From positions 17,867 to 81,866 of the forward strand of contig CAYVAJ010000003.1 of NCBI GenBank assembly GCA_964448725.1: DNA of 64,000 nucleotides, written 5' to 3'. Below are positions 9,458 through 19,541 of the stretch, in pieces. The notes below the pieces were generated by a model. That model worked only from the letters and a program-made list of their open reading frames with translations. It was not told where the DNA came from and searched no databases. The position numbers and the translations under genes were made by a program. The stretch's first letter is position 1; each line of letters opens with the position of its first letter. This DNA comes from an uncultured Gammaproteobacteria bacterium. GTDB taxonomy: Bacteria > Patescibacteriota > Microgenomatia > Levybacterales > GWA1-39-11.

Positions 9458-9817
9458 TTATCTGTTCGTATAATTTGATACTTTTTCGAGTAAATCATGG
9501 ATATCAAACGGTTTTGAGAGAAAATCATCAGCTCCTGCATCAAGAACTGTCTGTTTTACATTAGGATGTGCTGATACCATTACAATCGGAATTGCAGCGG
9601 TTGCCGTATCATTTTTTAATGTTTGTGCTACATCACGACCATCGTCTCCTGATAACAGCACATCAAGGATAATCATATCAGGATGTTTTTGTAGTGCAGC
9701 TTCAATAGCACTTTTTCCATCAACTGCAGTAAAAACAATATAATTATCAAGTTCAAGTGAAATCTGAACTGCTTCCAGTATTGCGCTATCATCATCAACG
9801 ACAAGTATTTTTTTCAT
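9458..9817 (-). CDS. single-domain response regulator (CheY-like receiver)
   Basis: ILVVDDD, ILDVLLSGDDG, SKPF motifs; 4-bp ATGA overlap with the upstream kinase gene. Confidence 0.85.
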   Translation of the reverse strand: MKKILVVDDDSAILEAVQISLELDNYIVFTAVDGKSAIEAALQKHPDMIILDVLLSGDDGRDVAQTLKNDTATAAIPIVMVSAHPNVKQTVLDAGADDFLSKPFDIHDLLEKVSNYTNR

Positions 9818-11274
9818 ACTGTTTTTATAGGAATACTCAAATAAAAGGTTGAACCTTTTCCAACTTCACTCTCAACCCAAATTTTTCCGTTATGTCTTTT
9901 AATAATTTCTTGTGATATATATAAACCCATGCCAAGTCCTGGATAGGTTTTCTCTTTTTTATCATATACTCGAAAGAACCGCTCAAAGACTTTTTCCTTA
10001 TATTCTTCTGGAATTCCCACACCATAATCACGGACTGAAATAATCGCTTGAGACATATCTTGTGCAAGTGACACTTCAATACGGTCAGAATTAGGAGAGT
10101 ACTTTATAGCATTTGTGATAAGGTTTATGAGCACTTGTCCGATTCTTTCCTTATCTCCTATTATCATATCATTAACTGTCCCTTTGCAAATTATTCTATG
10201 TCTTTCAGAGATTGCCTGCATATTTTCAACAACTTCATATGCTAACTGTCGAAGATCCATAGTATCCTGGTTAAATTCAATTTTCCCTGTTTGGATCCGA
10301 GAGACATCAAGCAAGTCATTTATCAAAAGAGTAAGTTTATCAATCTGTGCATCCATTTTAAATAAATATTTAACAGGAGTTTTATCTGGAAGCTGATTCA
10401 AGAGTTTTATCAATACTTGCGTAAAGACTTTAACACTTGTAACTGGAGTACGGAGCTCGTGACTTGCAATACTGATAAAATCATCCTTTCTTTTCTCGAC
10501 TTCCCGTCTTTCTGTCAAATCACGCGATATAACAGAAAAACCAGAAACGTTTTTTGCCTCATCAATAATAGGGGTTATGATAGTATTAGCCCAAAATTTA
10601 CTTCCATCTTTTTTTGTTCTCAATCCTTCAAATTCAAATCTTCCATCTTCCATTGCAGAAATTAAATAAGTCCATGGCTTGCCGATTTCAATTTCATTTG
10701 GACTAAAAAAATGAGAATAATGCTTTCCCAACACTTCTTGCTGTGTATATCCTTTTGTGTTTTCAGCCCCATGGTTCCAACTGGTAACATAACCTTCTTT
10801 ATCCAGTGTATAAATTGCATAATCCTTTACTGACTCAACCACCAAACGATACCGTTCTTCGCTTCTAATCAAATCATAATTATTTACTTCAACTTTTTTT
10901 AATGCAGTGTGCATAGTTTGGCTGAGAATACTTATCAACATTCCTTCAAGTGTAAAAATAGAGAGACTTATCAGATGAGAAGGATCTTTTACCGTGAATG
11001 TATATAATGGTGAAAGGAATAAAAAATACGCAAATATTCCTGATAATACAGTCGCATATAACCCAGTCCGAAATCCGCCAATCCATGCGCTCACCACAAC
11101 TGAGACAAAAAAGAGTAAATAGGGATATTCATTTCCGTGTACTGAAACTAGTAGTAATTTTGCGAGACATGCAAGAAGACAGACAAGAGTAGCAAGCGAA
11201 TAAAGCAATAAAGGGTCGTAGGTAAATGCACGGGTATTCCACCGTGGATGTAAACGAAGATGATTCCGAAACAT
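9814..11274 (-). CDS. membrane sensor histidine kinase (TM, PAS, HisKA, HATPase_c)
   Basis: Four N-terminal TM helices, PAS-like region, H-box SHELRTPV, G-box GLGMGLYIS. Confidence 0.85.
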   Translation of the reverse strand: MFRNHLRLHPRWNTRAFTYDPLLLYSLATLVCLLACLAKLLLVSVHGNEYPYLLFFVSVVVSAWIGGFRTGLYATVLSGIFAYFLFLSPLYTFTVKDPSHLISLSIFTLEGMLISILSQTMHTALKKVEVNNYDLIRSEERYRLVVESVKDYAIYTLDKEGYVTSWNHGAENTKGYTQQEVLGKHYSHFFSPNEIEIGKPWTYLISAMEDGRFEFEGLRTKKDGSKFWANTIITPIIDEAKNVSGFSVISRDLTERREVEKRKDDFISIASHELRTPVTSVKVFTQVLIKLLNQLPDKTPVKYLFKMDAQIDKLTLLINDLLDVSRIQTGKIEFNQDTMDLRQLAYEVVENMQAISERHRIICKGTVNDMIIGDKERIGQVLINLITNAIKYSPNSDRIEVSLAQDMSQAIISVRDYGVGIPEEYKEKVFERFFRVYDKKEKTYPGLGMGLYISQEIIKRHNGKIWVESEVGKGSTFYLSIPIKTV

Positions 11275-11351
11275 ATAAGCGCTACTTATTACTATAGAGC
11301 TCTCTATGTAATGAATCTTCGAAGATACGGTAAGAAATAGTTAAGAAGCAC

Positions 11352-12140
11352 TTATTGTTTTGCAATAAAACTGGTAAATAACATCGCACAATTATTTCCA
11401 GAACAACTCACACAGCTGTGGGTATGATTACCAAGAATTGCACTACGATGAATTGGCGAATTCATCCACCAATTTACTGCTTGTTGTTCTGTGTTTTGGG
11501 AAATCATGTTTTCAGTTATCCAATATGGAATTTCTGACTGTCTTCGTGCAATACCTGCATGCATATTACCGTTTACATATATTTCATTGTATAGCTCAGG
11601 AGCACGTGCATCTGCAATTGCACATACCCGATCATCTTTCGCAAAAGGTGCAAGACCATTTTGAGTACGGATTTGATTTACCATAGAGAAAATAACCTCA
11701 GGATTCAGTCCTCCTGTGCTCGAAGCCGGTGATACCTCAGTGTTGTACGCTACAGCAGCCTGAACTTCAACAGTAGGTGTTGGTACAGCAGCTGTTGGCG
11801 TAGGTGTCGCTTGTGCCACTGAATAACTATAAGAAAAGAGCGGTTTCTTATCAGTACCATCAGTATTTTGTGCTGGAGCAGCAAATAATTCATATGTCAT
11901 TTTTTGAGGAACTGAAGCAACAGATACAGGATCAGATATATTGCGCTTCTCAAGCGTACAAGTGCTGATGATTTTTCCACACCAAGGAGTCAAGAAAGGT
12001 CCGGAGCAGAGCGCGGCCTTAGCAGAGGAGTTTTTGTTGTTGTGGATTTTTTGCGTAGTAGCGGATGCAAAATTTTGGCTTCCGCTATAAAAAGTTAGGA
12101 TGATTGCAAGTATGCTTGCAATCACATGCTTTTTTAGCAT
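11352..12140 (-). CDS. secreted CAP/SCP (YkwD-like) domain protein
   Basis: Signal peptide; C-terminal CAP signature (...NGNMHAGIARRQ...WMNSPIHRSAILGNHTHSCVSCSG...). Confidence 0.65.
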   Translation of the reverse strand: MLKKHVIASILAIILTFYSGSQNFASATTQKIHNNKNSSAKAALCSGPFLTPWCGKIISTCTLEKRNISDPVSVASVPQKMTYELFAAPAQNTDGTDKKPLFSYSYSVAQATPTPTAAVPTPTVEVQAAVAYNTEVSPASSTGGLNPEVIFSMVNQIRTQNGLAPFAKDDRVCAIADARAPELYNEIYVNGNMHAGIARRQSEIPYWITENMISQNTEQQAVNWWMNSPIHRSAILGNHTHSCVSCSGNNCAMLFTSFIAKQ

Positions 12141-12288
12141 ATTTTTTAAGACTTGGGGATAATACCATGTGAAAATTGCTAAGTCAAGTTTTACAAAACG
12201 CTCAAGGCTAATTATGAGTATTTTTATTACTCAATATCACTTATTTATGCTCATTTGTGAAGATTATTGAAGAAATTGGTTAAAATCA

Positions 12289-13209
12289 TTATAACCACTT
12301 TTTATAGTACAAAAAGAGAAGAGCACCAAGAGAAGCAAGCACTGTTGTAAGAGTAATAATAGAGAATGCATAGGTATATTCATCAAAAGGAACATCTACA
12401 TTCATCCCAAACAAGCTTGCTACAATAGTCGGTATTGTTAAAATAACAGTAAGTGAAGTAAATAATTTAATAATTTTATTCAAATTGTTAGTAAAAATTA
12501 CCTGATATGAATCACGAATACTTCGAATACTGCGTAGATTTACCGAACAAATATCAGCAGACTGCTTGATACCAACAAGCAAGTCCTGCACTAAATCTCC
12601 ATCTTCTTCATATAGATGGATAAATTTTCCTGACCGAATTGCTTCAAATACATTATTCATCGGGACTAATGCAGTAATATACTGATTTAATACTTCTTCA
12701 ATCTGTGCAAGCCTGATAAAGTCCTGTGTATCAATCTTCGTAAAGTCACTCGTACTACGTGAGACACTAGTACGAAGTCGTTTGATCTGTACTGTATATT
12801 CATGTGCGAGACGCAGCAGCATCCTGAGTACTACTTTTGATTTTTGAGTAGTCGCAATTGAAGTCTTCTGATCTAATAGGTAATTAATAACTCTATTTTT
12901 ATCTTTTGAGATGGTGATTAGGTATTTATCAGTTATTACAATTGTCAGAAGTTCAGTATGAAGTTCTCCGACAGACGATTCTGGGGTTCTCACATACATG
13001 AGAATTCCTTCTTCCTGTCGTTCAAGACGAGGTACTTCATAGTTATCAAGACTATCCTGAAGATCATGCATATTAAGCCCAGTAAGTTCTGCTAATTTCG
13101 CAAGATCCTGTTCAGTAGTATTTTCCACGTTGATCCAACAGCCTGCACGGACTGTATCAATTTTCTTAAATTTTCGATCTTTTATTGTTTTGAAATATAC
13201 TTCGATCAT
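12289..13209 (-). CDS. corA: CorA-family magnesium/cobalt transporter
   Basis: Two C-terminal TM helices with the GMN motif (LFGMNVDVPF). Confidence 0.8.
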   Translation of the reverse strand: MIEVYFKTIKDRKFKKIDTVRAGCWINVENTTEQDLAKLAELTGLNMHDLQDSLDNYEVPRLERQEEGILMYVRTPESSVGELHTELLTIVITDKYLITISKDKNRVINYLLDQKTSIATTQKSKVVLRMLLRLAHEYTVQIKRLRTSVSRSTSDFTKIDTQDFIRLAQIEEVLNQYITALVPMNNVFEAIRSGKFIHLYEEDGDLVQDLLVGIKQSADICSVNLRSIRSIRDSYQVIFTNNLNKIIKLFTSLTVILTIPTIVASLFGMNVDVPFDEYTYAFSIITLTTVLASLGALLFLYYKKWL

Positions 13210-13286
13210 AGTATCCTCCTCAATTGATTATACTGCCCCAGGTCTTCATAAAACAAGCAATTAGATTTTTTTGCTATACTGTGGAC

Positions 13287-14006
13287 ATGGAATTAACAGT
13301 ACTCACATGGAATATTTGGGGAGGGAGAAACCGTAATGCTGTTATTCAGTTTTTACAACAAAATACATGGGATATTATTGCACTACAAGAAGTTACACAA
13401 AGAGAAATAAACGGAGATGAAATTAATGATGCAGAAGAATTAGCAAAGGCACTAGCGTGTGAGTATTATTATGAACGGTCTTTTAGAACCGATAGACATA
13501 CTCCTGTATATGACCTTGGTAATGCACTTCTAAGCAGACATCCGATCAAAGACCGCAATGTATATACGCTGAGCGATATGTCTTCCTATAAAAAAAATTC
13601 TACTACTGAGCCACGTAACGCAGTTGAGATAACAATCTCAGTCAACCAAAAAGATCTCCATATTTTATCAACTCATATTGGATATGATGATTTACTCGGA
13701 GAAGGAGAGCTGCAAAAAAAACAAATAGAAGAATTATTACAACATGTACCGAAAAAAAACACCATTCTAATGGGAGATTTTAACAGTACTCCAAATAGCT
13801 CGATAGTTAAAAGGGTGACTGACCATTTTGTTCATAGTGATACTGATTTGTCAGCAAATTCATGGACAAACCTAAAAAAAACTGATAACCCACAATATAG
13901 AATAGATTATATTTTTACCACACCAGATATTACTACCCATGAATTTCATCTTGGAAAATCTGATGCTTCTGATCATCTGCCCCTCATCGCACAGGTAAAT
14001 ATTTAA
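13287..14006 (+). CDS. endonuclease/exonuclease/phosphatase (EEP) family protein
   Basis: LTVLTWNIWGG, ALQEV, GDFNSTP, SDHLPL motifs; the ORF opens at 13224, the ATG at 13287 is preferred because it precedes the conserved N-terminus. Confidence 0.7.
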   Translation: MELTVLTWNIWGGRNRNAVIQFLQQNTWDIIALQEVTQREINGDEINDAEELAKALACEYYYERSFRTDRHTPVYDLGNALLSRHPIKDRNVYTLSDMSSYKKNSTTEPRNAVEITISVNQKDLHILSTHIGYDDLLGEGELQKKQIEELLQHVPKKNTILMGDFNSTPNSSIVKRVTDHFVHSDTDLSANSWTNLKKTDNPQYRIDYIFTTPDITTHEFHLGKSDASDHLPLIAQVNI

Positions 14007-14545
14007 TGTGTCCTGTGGAATTCTTCTGCTTTATCGATATCGCTACCAATATCTAATTCTTGTGGATGTTCTTCATCTTCATCAAGTCTCAGTCCTACAT
14101 TTTGCGCGTTAGCAAGTGTATCATCATCTGATGCTGGATCTGGATTTGTTGCATTCATTCCTTGTTCTCCCGCAACATGTGGAGGAGTCTCTTCATCAAG
14201 TGTTTTATTTCCTGTTGGTGTACTACCAGGTGTAGCTTGCGGGACTTCATCAGCTGCATCTGACATAAACTCATCTTTTTGCGATGGCATATCACGTGTT
14301 GCCTGATGTTTAAAGTCTGACATAGTCTGAGAAACAGGCTCTCTACTTGGAGGGGGAGTGTTAGGATCATTGGTGTCTTTGCTGACTCCTGTCATACCAG
14401 TAGTGTCATTCATCATTCCTTGGGCATTATCAGTGGGATCAAGTGGTGTCTGTCCTATCGGATGCTTACCAGGCATACTTGACTGATTTGGATTCTGAAT
14501 TGTTCTGTTCTTTCTTGTATCTGGCATAGTACTCATGGTAGTCAT
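14003..14545 (-). CDS. hypothetical low-complexity acidic P/T/D-rich protein
   Basis: Long ORF of biased composition; may be a disordered secreted or surface protein. Confidence 0.3.
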   Translation of the reverse strand: MTTMSTMPDTRKNRTIQNPNQSSMPGKHPIGQTPLDPTDNAQGMMNDTTGMTGVSKDTNDPNTPPPSREPVSQTMSDFKHQATRDMPSQKDEFMSDAADEVPQATPGSTPTGNKTLDEETPPHVAGEQGMNATNPDPASDDDTLANAQNVGLRLDEDEEHPQELDIGSDIDKAEEFHRTH

Positions 14546-14613
14546 TGAGCGTAAGGTTATAAGAAAATGCAGGTAAGAAGCGTGTAAACATATGATTGTT
14601 TACTTCTAGAGGG

Positions 14614-15549
14614 TTAAATGACAAACTCAAATACCAGGAACAAGAAATACATTAACAAGAGTATAATACCTTCCCCTCTGGTAATTTTCCTTTCTGATCT
14701 TGCAAAGAAATAAAAGAGGGTTAATCCAATACCAGTAAAGAGAAAAACTATGTGAAAATGGTTAACAGCTGATACAGGCTTTCGATATAAGAGTGTTAAT
14801 ATACCCATAAGCAACGCATTGACTGCAGCTGATCCAAGATAATCACCAAACGCTACATCTTTCTTTCCATGAAGAACTGAACGAAGTGCAATAGAAAGCT
14901 CAGGAAGATTAGTCCCAATAGATAATACAAGAAGACCAATATAAAACGGTGCAACATTAAATATTTCTGAAAAATACAAGGTCTTCTCGACAATCATATG
15001 ACTTGAGAGAAAGACAATTGCAATTCCTCCTATCACTTTCAGAAGATCAATAAATGAATATGATTTATTTGCGAGAGCATCTGCAGACGCATCAGAAAAT
15101 ATTCCTTTTTTTGACTGAATGATAATGAGTCCTGCAATATATGCTCCTATTAAAATAAATGCTTCAAATTGTGTAATCGTCTGATCAAGCATGAACATAG
15201 ACGGCAAAATAATAACCGAAAGTGCAGTCAGCATGCGTTTCTTATCAAAATCATGTGAAAGCTTTATTCCCTTTCCAAACACTGCAAGCAACGGAATGAC
15301 AAAAAGAAACATAACAACTATTCCTCCGAGCAAATTTCCTGCAAAAATCTCAGGGTCATTGTTATTAATAGCAGTTAATCCTAGTGCAAATTCAGGAATC
15401 GAGGTAAACAATCCAAGAACAAAGAAAGACACTGCAAAGGAAGAAAGTTTCATTTTCTTAGAAAGCTTATCTGCTGATGAGACAATCAATCCGCTTCCCA
15501 TCCAAATAAAGAAGAATGAAACAAAAAACAATGTAACATTATCAAGCAT
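14614..15549 (-). CDS. Ca2+/Na+ antiporter, CaCA family (YrbG-like)
   Basis: Two alpha-repeat motifs (GTSIPEFALGL, GTNLPELSIALRS); start placed at the ATG at 15549. Confidence 0.7.
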   Translation of the reverse strand: MLDNVTLFFVSFFFIWMGSGLIVSSADKLSKKMKLSSFAVSFFVLGLFTSIPEFALGLTAINNNDPEIFAGNLLGGIVVMFLFVIPLLAVFGKGIKLSHDFDKKRMLTALSVIILPSMFMLDQTITQFEAFILIGAYIAGLIIIQSKKGIFSDASADALANKSYSFIDLLKVIGGIAIVFLSSHMIVEKTLYFSEIFNVAPFYIGLLVLSIGTNLPELSIALRSVLHGKKDVAFGDYLGSAAVNALLMGILTLLYRKPVSAVNHFHIVFLFTGIGLTLFYFFARSERKITRGEGIILLLMYFLFLVFEFVI

Positions 15550-15632
15550 ATATTCATTGTAGACAAATACCGAGCAATTCCTCAAGTACTAATAATCTTG
15601 CAAAATATTTTTATCTGTTATACCATAGACAC

Positions 15633-16484
15633 TTGGGTTTTCTGAACGATATACAGCAACAATTTATTTCTTGGCTTATAACGAGCGGACCAGTAATACT
15701 TCTCATAGTTATTGTGCTTTTTATTGCACTTCGATTTGCCAAGGTTTTTATAGAGAAAATAATTAAACGAGCGATAAAATCAAAAAATCTCTCACGCTCG
15801 TCTGAAGAAAAAAGAGAGAAAACACTTATACGCATATTCGGTACTGCATTTAATGCATTCGTATTTATTGTTGCAGGAATGCTTCTATTATCGGAGATTG
15901 GTCTTGATATTGGACCACTTTTAGCAGCTGCCGGAGTAGCAGGCGTTGCAATTGGATTTGGTGCACAGTATCTTGTTCGTGATTTACTCACTGGATTTTT
16001 CATCATTATGGAAAATCAATATAGAGTAGGTGATGTTGCCTGTCTTGGTGACACTTGCGGATTTGTTGAAGATATTACTCCTCGAATTACAGTTCTGCGT
16101 GATCTTGACGGGACAGTTCATCACATTCCAAATGGAGAAATTACCAAAGCATCTAATCTCACAAAAACATATTCTAATGTGAATATCAATTTACGAGTTT
16201 CATATGCAGAAGATTTGGAGAGAGTGATAACAGTAGTAAATAGTGTTGGGGACAAGCTTGCTCGTGAGCAAAAATGGAAGGACAAAATTAGAGAAGCACC
16301 AAATTTTTTACGTGTTGATGACTTTGCTGAGTCAGCACTTATTATTAAAATTCTTGGAAAAACAGAACCACTCAAGCAATGGGAAGTAGCCGGTGAGTAC
16401 CGAAAACGACTCAAGATTGCATTTGATAAAGAAAAAATTGAGATTCCGCTTCCTCAACATGTCGTACATATGGCAAAATCCTAA
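15633..16484 (+). CDS. small-conductance mechanosensitive channel MscS
   Basis: TM3-like G/A-rich helix (AAAGVAGVAIGFGAQ), YRVGDVACLGD...GFVEDITPRITVLRDLDGTVHHIPNGEI beta-domain. Confidence 0.8.
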   Translation: MGFLNDIQQQFISWLITSGPVILLIVIVLFIALRFAKVFIEKIIKRAIKSKNLSRSSEEKREKTLIRIFGTAFNAFVFIVAGMLLLSEIGLDIGPLLAAAGVAGVAIGFGAQYLVRDLLTGFFIIMENQYRVGDVACLGDTCGFVEDITPRITVLRDLDGTVHHIPNGEITKASNLTKTYSNVNINLRVSYAEDLERVITVVNSVGDKLAREQKWKDKIREAPNFLRVDDFAESALIIKILGKTEPLKQWEVAGEYRKRLKIAFDKEKIEIPLPQHVVHMAKS

Positions 16485-16506
16485 TGTTTGTCGATTGCGT
16501 GTATTA

Positions 16507-17274
16507 TCATCTGAAGAGTGTTCCCACAAAATAGGCAATAACAGCAGATATTCCACCGAGTACCACTATCTCACCTACTGATCGTGCGATTGCCTCTTTC
16601 GTTACTCTATATCTCAGTAACCCAAGCATCGCAAGCGCAATGAATGTTGCAATGCTTGATATATAAAAAATATTTGGATCTTCGCGAAGCAGTAGATACG
16701 GAATTATAGGAATAGAACCAAAAAACATAAATGAAAGAGTTGTTGAAAGACCAGTTAATACAGGTTTGTCTCCTTCTGGGCTTGTCATTTCAAGTTCATG
16801 ATTCATCATAAATTCCAGCCAATATTCTTCATTAGTCGCATAAATTTGTGCTACTTCACGAGCCTGTTTGTCTGAAAATCCTTTTTGTTTTAATATAAAT
16901 ATTGTTTCAGCGATCTCTGAATTTTTATTCTTTTTTATTTCTAACCGTTCTTTTTCTTTTTCCCGCCGATATACATCCTGATCTGCCCGGACAGATAAAA
17001 CATTTCCGAGCCCCATTGATACCGCATCAGCAAAGAGGTTAGCAAAGCCAAAAAGTAGCACTGCTGTAACTGATAGTGCAGCAATCGTACTGTCTCCACT
17101 TTGTGCTCCTGTAAATCCAGCTACGACTGCAAAAGTTGTCACAATTCCATCAACCCCTCCGTACACTATTTCTTTTAAATATGTTGAGAATGCAGAGAGT
17201 CTGTGTTCACGATTTACGTGCTGCTCAAACTCTTCAGTGGTAAATTCAGGGACCATACCTAATGAGTATATCAA
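16507..17274 (-). CDS. VIT1/CCC1 family iron/manganese transporter
   Basis: VYGGVDGIVTTFAVVAGFTGA signature plus C-terminal TM cluster. Confidence 0.75.
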   Translation of the reverse strand: MIYSLGMVPEFTTEEFEQHVNREHRLSAFSTYLKEIVYGGVDGIVTTFAVVAGFTGAQSGDSTIAALSVTAVLLFGFANLFADAVSMGLGNVLSVRADQDVYRREKEKERLEIKKNKNSEIAETIFILKQKGFSDKQAREVAQIYATNEEYWLEFMMNHELEMTSPEGDKPVLTGLSTTLSFMFFGSIPIIPYLLLREDPNIFYISSIATFIALAMLGLLRYRVTKEAIARSVGEIVVLGGISAVIAYFVGTLFR

Positions 17275-17352
17275 ATTAAAAATATTTTATTATATAGGTA
17301 AAACAGCCTCTATATCCCAAAAATAGTCCTTCATGGTTCAATATGCGATATC

Positions 17353-18366
17353 ATGATAAAATACAACAATATGCTTATTGATACAGTCACAATTACACTC
17401 AAAGCAGGCAAAGGAGGAGATGGATCAGTCCATTTCTATCGTTCAGGACATAATCCAAAAGGCGGACCAGATGGAGGAAATGGCGGAAAAGGCGGAGATA
17501 TCTATATCACTGCAACCCATAACGTATCTGATCTTTCGGAATTTACCTATAAAAAAGAAATTAAAGCATTTGATGGTACTGACGGAAAAGGTAAAAAAAT
17601 GCACGGAAAAAATGGCGATGATGTTACTATTAAAATTCCACTTGGTACAACAATAACTGATCTTACAACGGGTAAAGTAATTGAACTTATACACGAAAAC
17701 AAGCCATTCCGAATCGCAAAAGGAGGAGCAGGCGGTAGAGGAAATGATGAATTTAAATCTGCAACAAATCGACAGCCGCAGTATGCAGAGCTAGGAAGGC
17801 CAGGCGAGGAGAAAGAAGTAAAACTTGTTCTCAAACTTATCGCACATATTGGACTTATCGGCAAACCAAATGCAGGAAAAAGTAGTTTGCTTGCAGCACT
17901 CACTAATGCAGAGCCTAAAATTGGTGCTTATCCTTTTACCACAATTGAACCAAATCTTGGAGTATTACAAGCATCAAAAAATATGACCGAGAGAAAATAT
18001 ATTATTGCAGACATTCCAGGACTTATTGAAGGTGCACATACTGGAAGAGGACTGGGGATTAAATTTTTGCAACATATTGAAAAGACACAGTTACTCGTAC
18101 ATTGTATAGACATTACTGAACCTGATCCAGTTGAAGCATATAGAACCATCAGAGAAGAATTTGAAGAATATAATAATGGTATCTTGCTTGAAAAAGAAGA
18201 AATTATTGTACTAACCAAGACAGATTTAGTACAAACCAATGTATATGATAAAAAAATCTCCACATTAAAGAAAATCGGAAAACAGATTTACACAGTATCG
18301 ACCTATGATCAGGAAAGCCTCTCAATCCTCACAAATGTTTTTAGACAAAAACTTTCAAAACCCTAA
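17353..18366 (+). CDS. obg: GTPase Obg/CgtA
   Basis: Obg fold motif LKAGKGGDGSVHF; G1 GKPNAGKSSLL; DIPGLIEGA. The stop codon lies inside the first CCCTAAA repeat unit. Confidence 0.9.
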   Translation: MIKYNNMLIDTVTITLKAGKGGDGSVHFYRSGHNPKGGPDGGNGGKGGDIYITATHNVSDLSEFTYKKEIKAFDGTDGKGKKMHGKNGDDVTIKIPLGTTITDLTTGKVIELIHENKPFRIAKGGAGGRGNDEFKSATNRQPQYAELGRPGEEKEVKLVLKLIAHIGLIGKPNAGKSSLLAALTNAEPKIGAYPFTTIEPNLGVLQASKNMTERKYIIADIPGLIEGAHTGRGLGIKFLQHIEKTQLLVHCIDITEPDPVEAYRTIREEFEEYNNGILLEKEEIIVLTKTDLVQTNVYDKKISTLKKIGKQIYTVSTYDQESLSILTNVFRQKLSKP

Positions 18367-18416
18367 ACCCTAAACCCTAAACCCTAAACCCTAAACCCTA
18401 AACCCTAAACCCTATA
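18361..18416. repeat. tandem heptamer (CCCTAAA)x7 plus one CCCTATA unit (plant-type telomeric repeat, TTTAGGG on the other strand)
   Basis: Read directly; 7 perfect units and 1 degenerate unit; overlaps the obg stop codon. Confidence 0.95.
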
Positions 18417-18419
18417 ACA

Positions 18420-18428
18420 AATGCTATA
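18420..18428 (+). promoter_or_regulatory. extended -10 element TGcTATAAT upstream of ruvC
   Basis: TGCTATAAT 13 nt before the ruvC ATG; the -35 position falls in the heptamer repeats. Confidence 0.4.
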
Positions 18429-18441
18429 ATGAAGCTATTCT

Positions 18442-18936
18442 ATGCGTATTATCGGAATCGATCCTGGAATTGCACGAGTAGGATGGGGAGTAATTGAACA
18501 ACGTACCAATACCATAAAACCATTGGCATTCGACTGTCTTGAAACTTCAAAATCAGACACAACCCCAACAAGACTTCTTTCCATATATAATTTTTTATCC
18601 CAGCTTTTTACAGAATATCGCCCTGATGCACTCGCAGTAGAAGAACTATTCTTTAATTCTAATGCCAAAACTGCGTTGATAGTCGGACATGCCCGAGGTG
18701 TGGTGTTGCTTGCATCAGCAGTTCATCAGATACCAGTTATCTCGTATACTCCATTACAAGTAAAAATGGCCTTAACTGGATATGGACGCGCAGATAAATC
18801 ACAAATTGGACATATGGTAAAAACCTTGCTATATTTGAAAGCAATTCCGAAGCCTGATGATACGGCAGATGCCTTGGCAATTGCACTCACGCACGCATTC
18901 AGCAACAAGTTGCAAAACTTAAAACTGAAAACCTAA
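18442..18936 (+). CDS. ruvC: Holliday junction resolvase RuvC
   Basis: MRIIGIDPGIARVGWGVIE N-terminus and catalytic acidic residues typical of RuvC. Confidence 0.9.
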   Translation: MRIIGIDPGIARVGWGVIEQRTNTIKPLAFDCLETSKSDTTPTRLLSIYNFLSQLFTEYRPDALAVEELFFNSNAKTALIVGHARGVVLLASAVHQIPVISYTPLQVKMALTGYGRADKSQIGHMVKTLLYLKAIPKPDDTADALAIALTHAFSNKLQNLKLKT

Positions 18937-18965
18937 AGCTATAAGCTATAAACTAATTTTAGAAT

Positions 18966-19541
18966 ATGATTGGATTTTTACGAGGACAAGTACTTTTCCG
19001 CGATGATCCGTACGTCTATATAGATGTACAAGGAGTAGGGTATAAAGTGCTTGCAACACGAGAGGTTATTACTGCAAGTAATGATCCAGAAAAAACAATA
19101 CTTATATATACCTATACCCACGTAAGAGAAGATACCTTAGAATTATTTGGATTTTTACACACAGAAGACCTCAAGTTATTTGAAAAATTTATTGCTATTT
19201 CTGGTATCGGTCCCAAAACTGCTGTACAGATTTTTTCATTTGGGAGCAGACGTGAGATTGTGGAAGCAATTATCGCAGGGAATGTTAATTTCTTTACTGC
19301 AGTTCCTCGTTTAGGAAGAAAAAATGCACAAAAAATCATCTTAGAGCTCAAAAGTAAATTTGCACAAGGCGGTGATGAACTTGCACTGCTTGATGATGCA
19401 AGCATTCATCATGATGTTGTCACTGCATTACAAAGTATGGGATTTTCCCACGGTGAGATTCAAACTGCATTAAAATCTGTTCCGCAAGATATATCGGTAG
19501 ATGAAACACTCAAACATGTACTCAAGAGTTTAGGAAAGTAA
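18966..19541 (+). CDS. ruvA: Holliday junction branch-migration protein RuvA
   Basis: MIGFLRG...; HhH motifs (ISGIGPKTA); C-terminal domain III. Confidence 0.9.
   Translation: MIGFLRGQVLFRDDPYVYIDVQGVGYKVLATREVITASNDPEKTILIYTYTHVREDTLELFGFLHTEDLKLFEKFIAISGIGPKTAVQIFSFGSRREIVEAIIAGNVNFFTAVPRLGRKNAQKIILELKSKFAQGGDELALLDDASIHHDVVTALQSMGFSHGEIQTALKSVPQDISVDETLKHVLKSLGK

Noticed and set aside
14155-14370. 71-aa ORF nested in the acidic low-complexity gene
   Set aside because: It is an alternative frame of the same strand within a biased-composition region, with no RBS or conservation signal.
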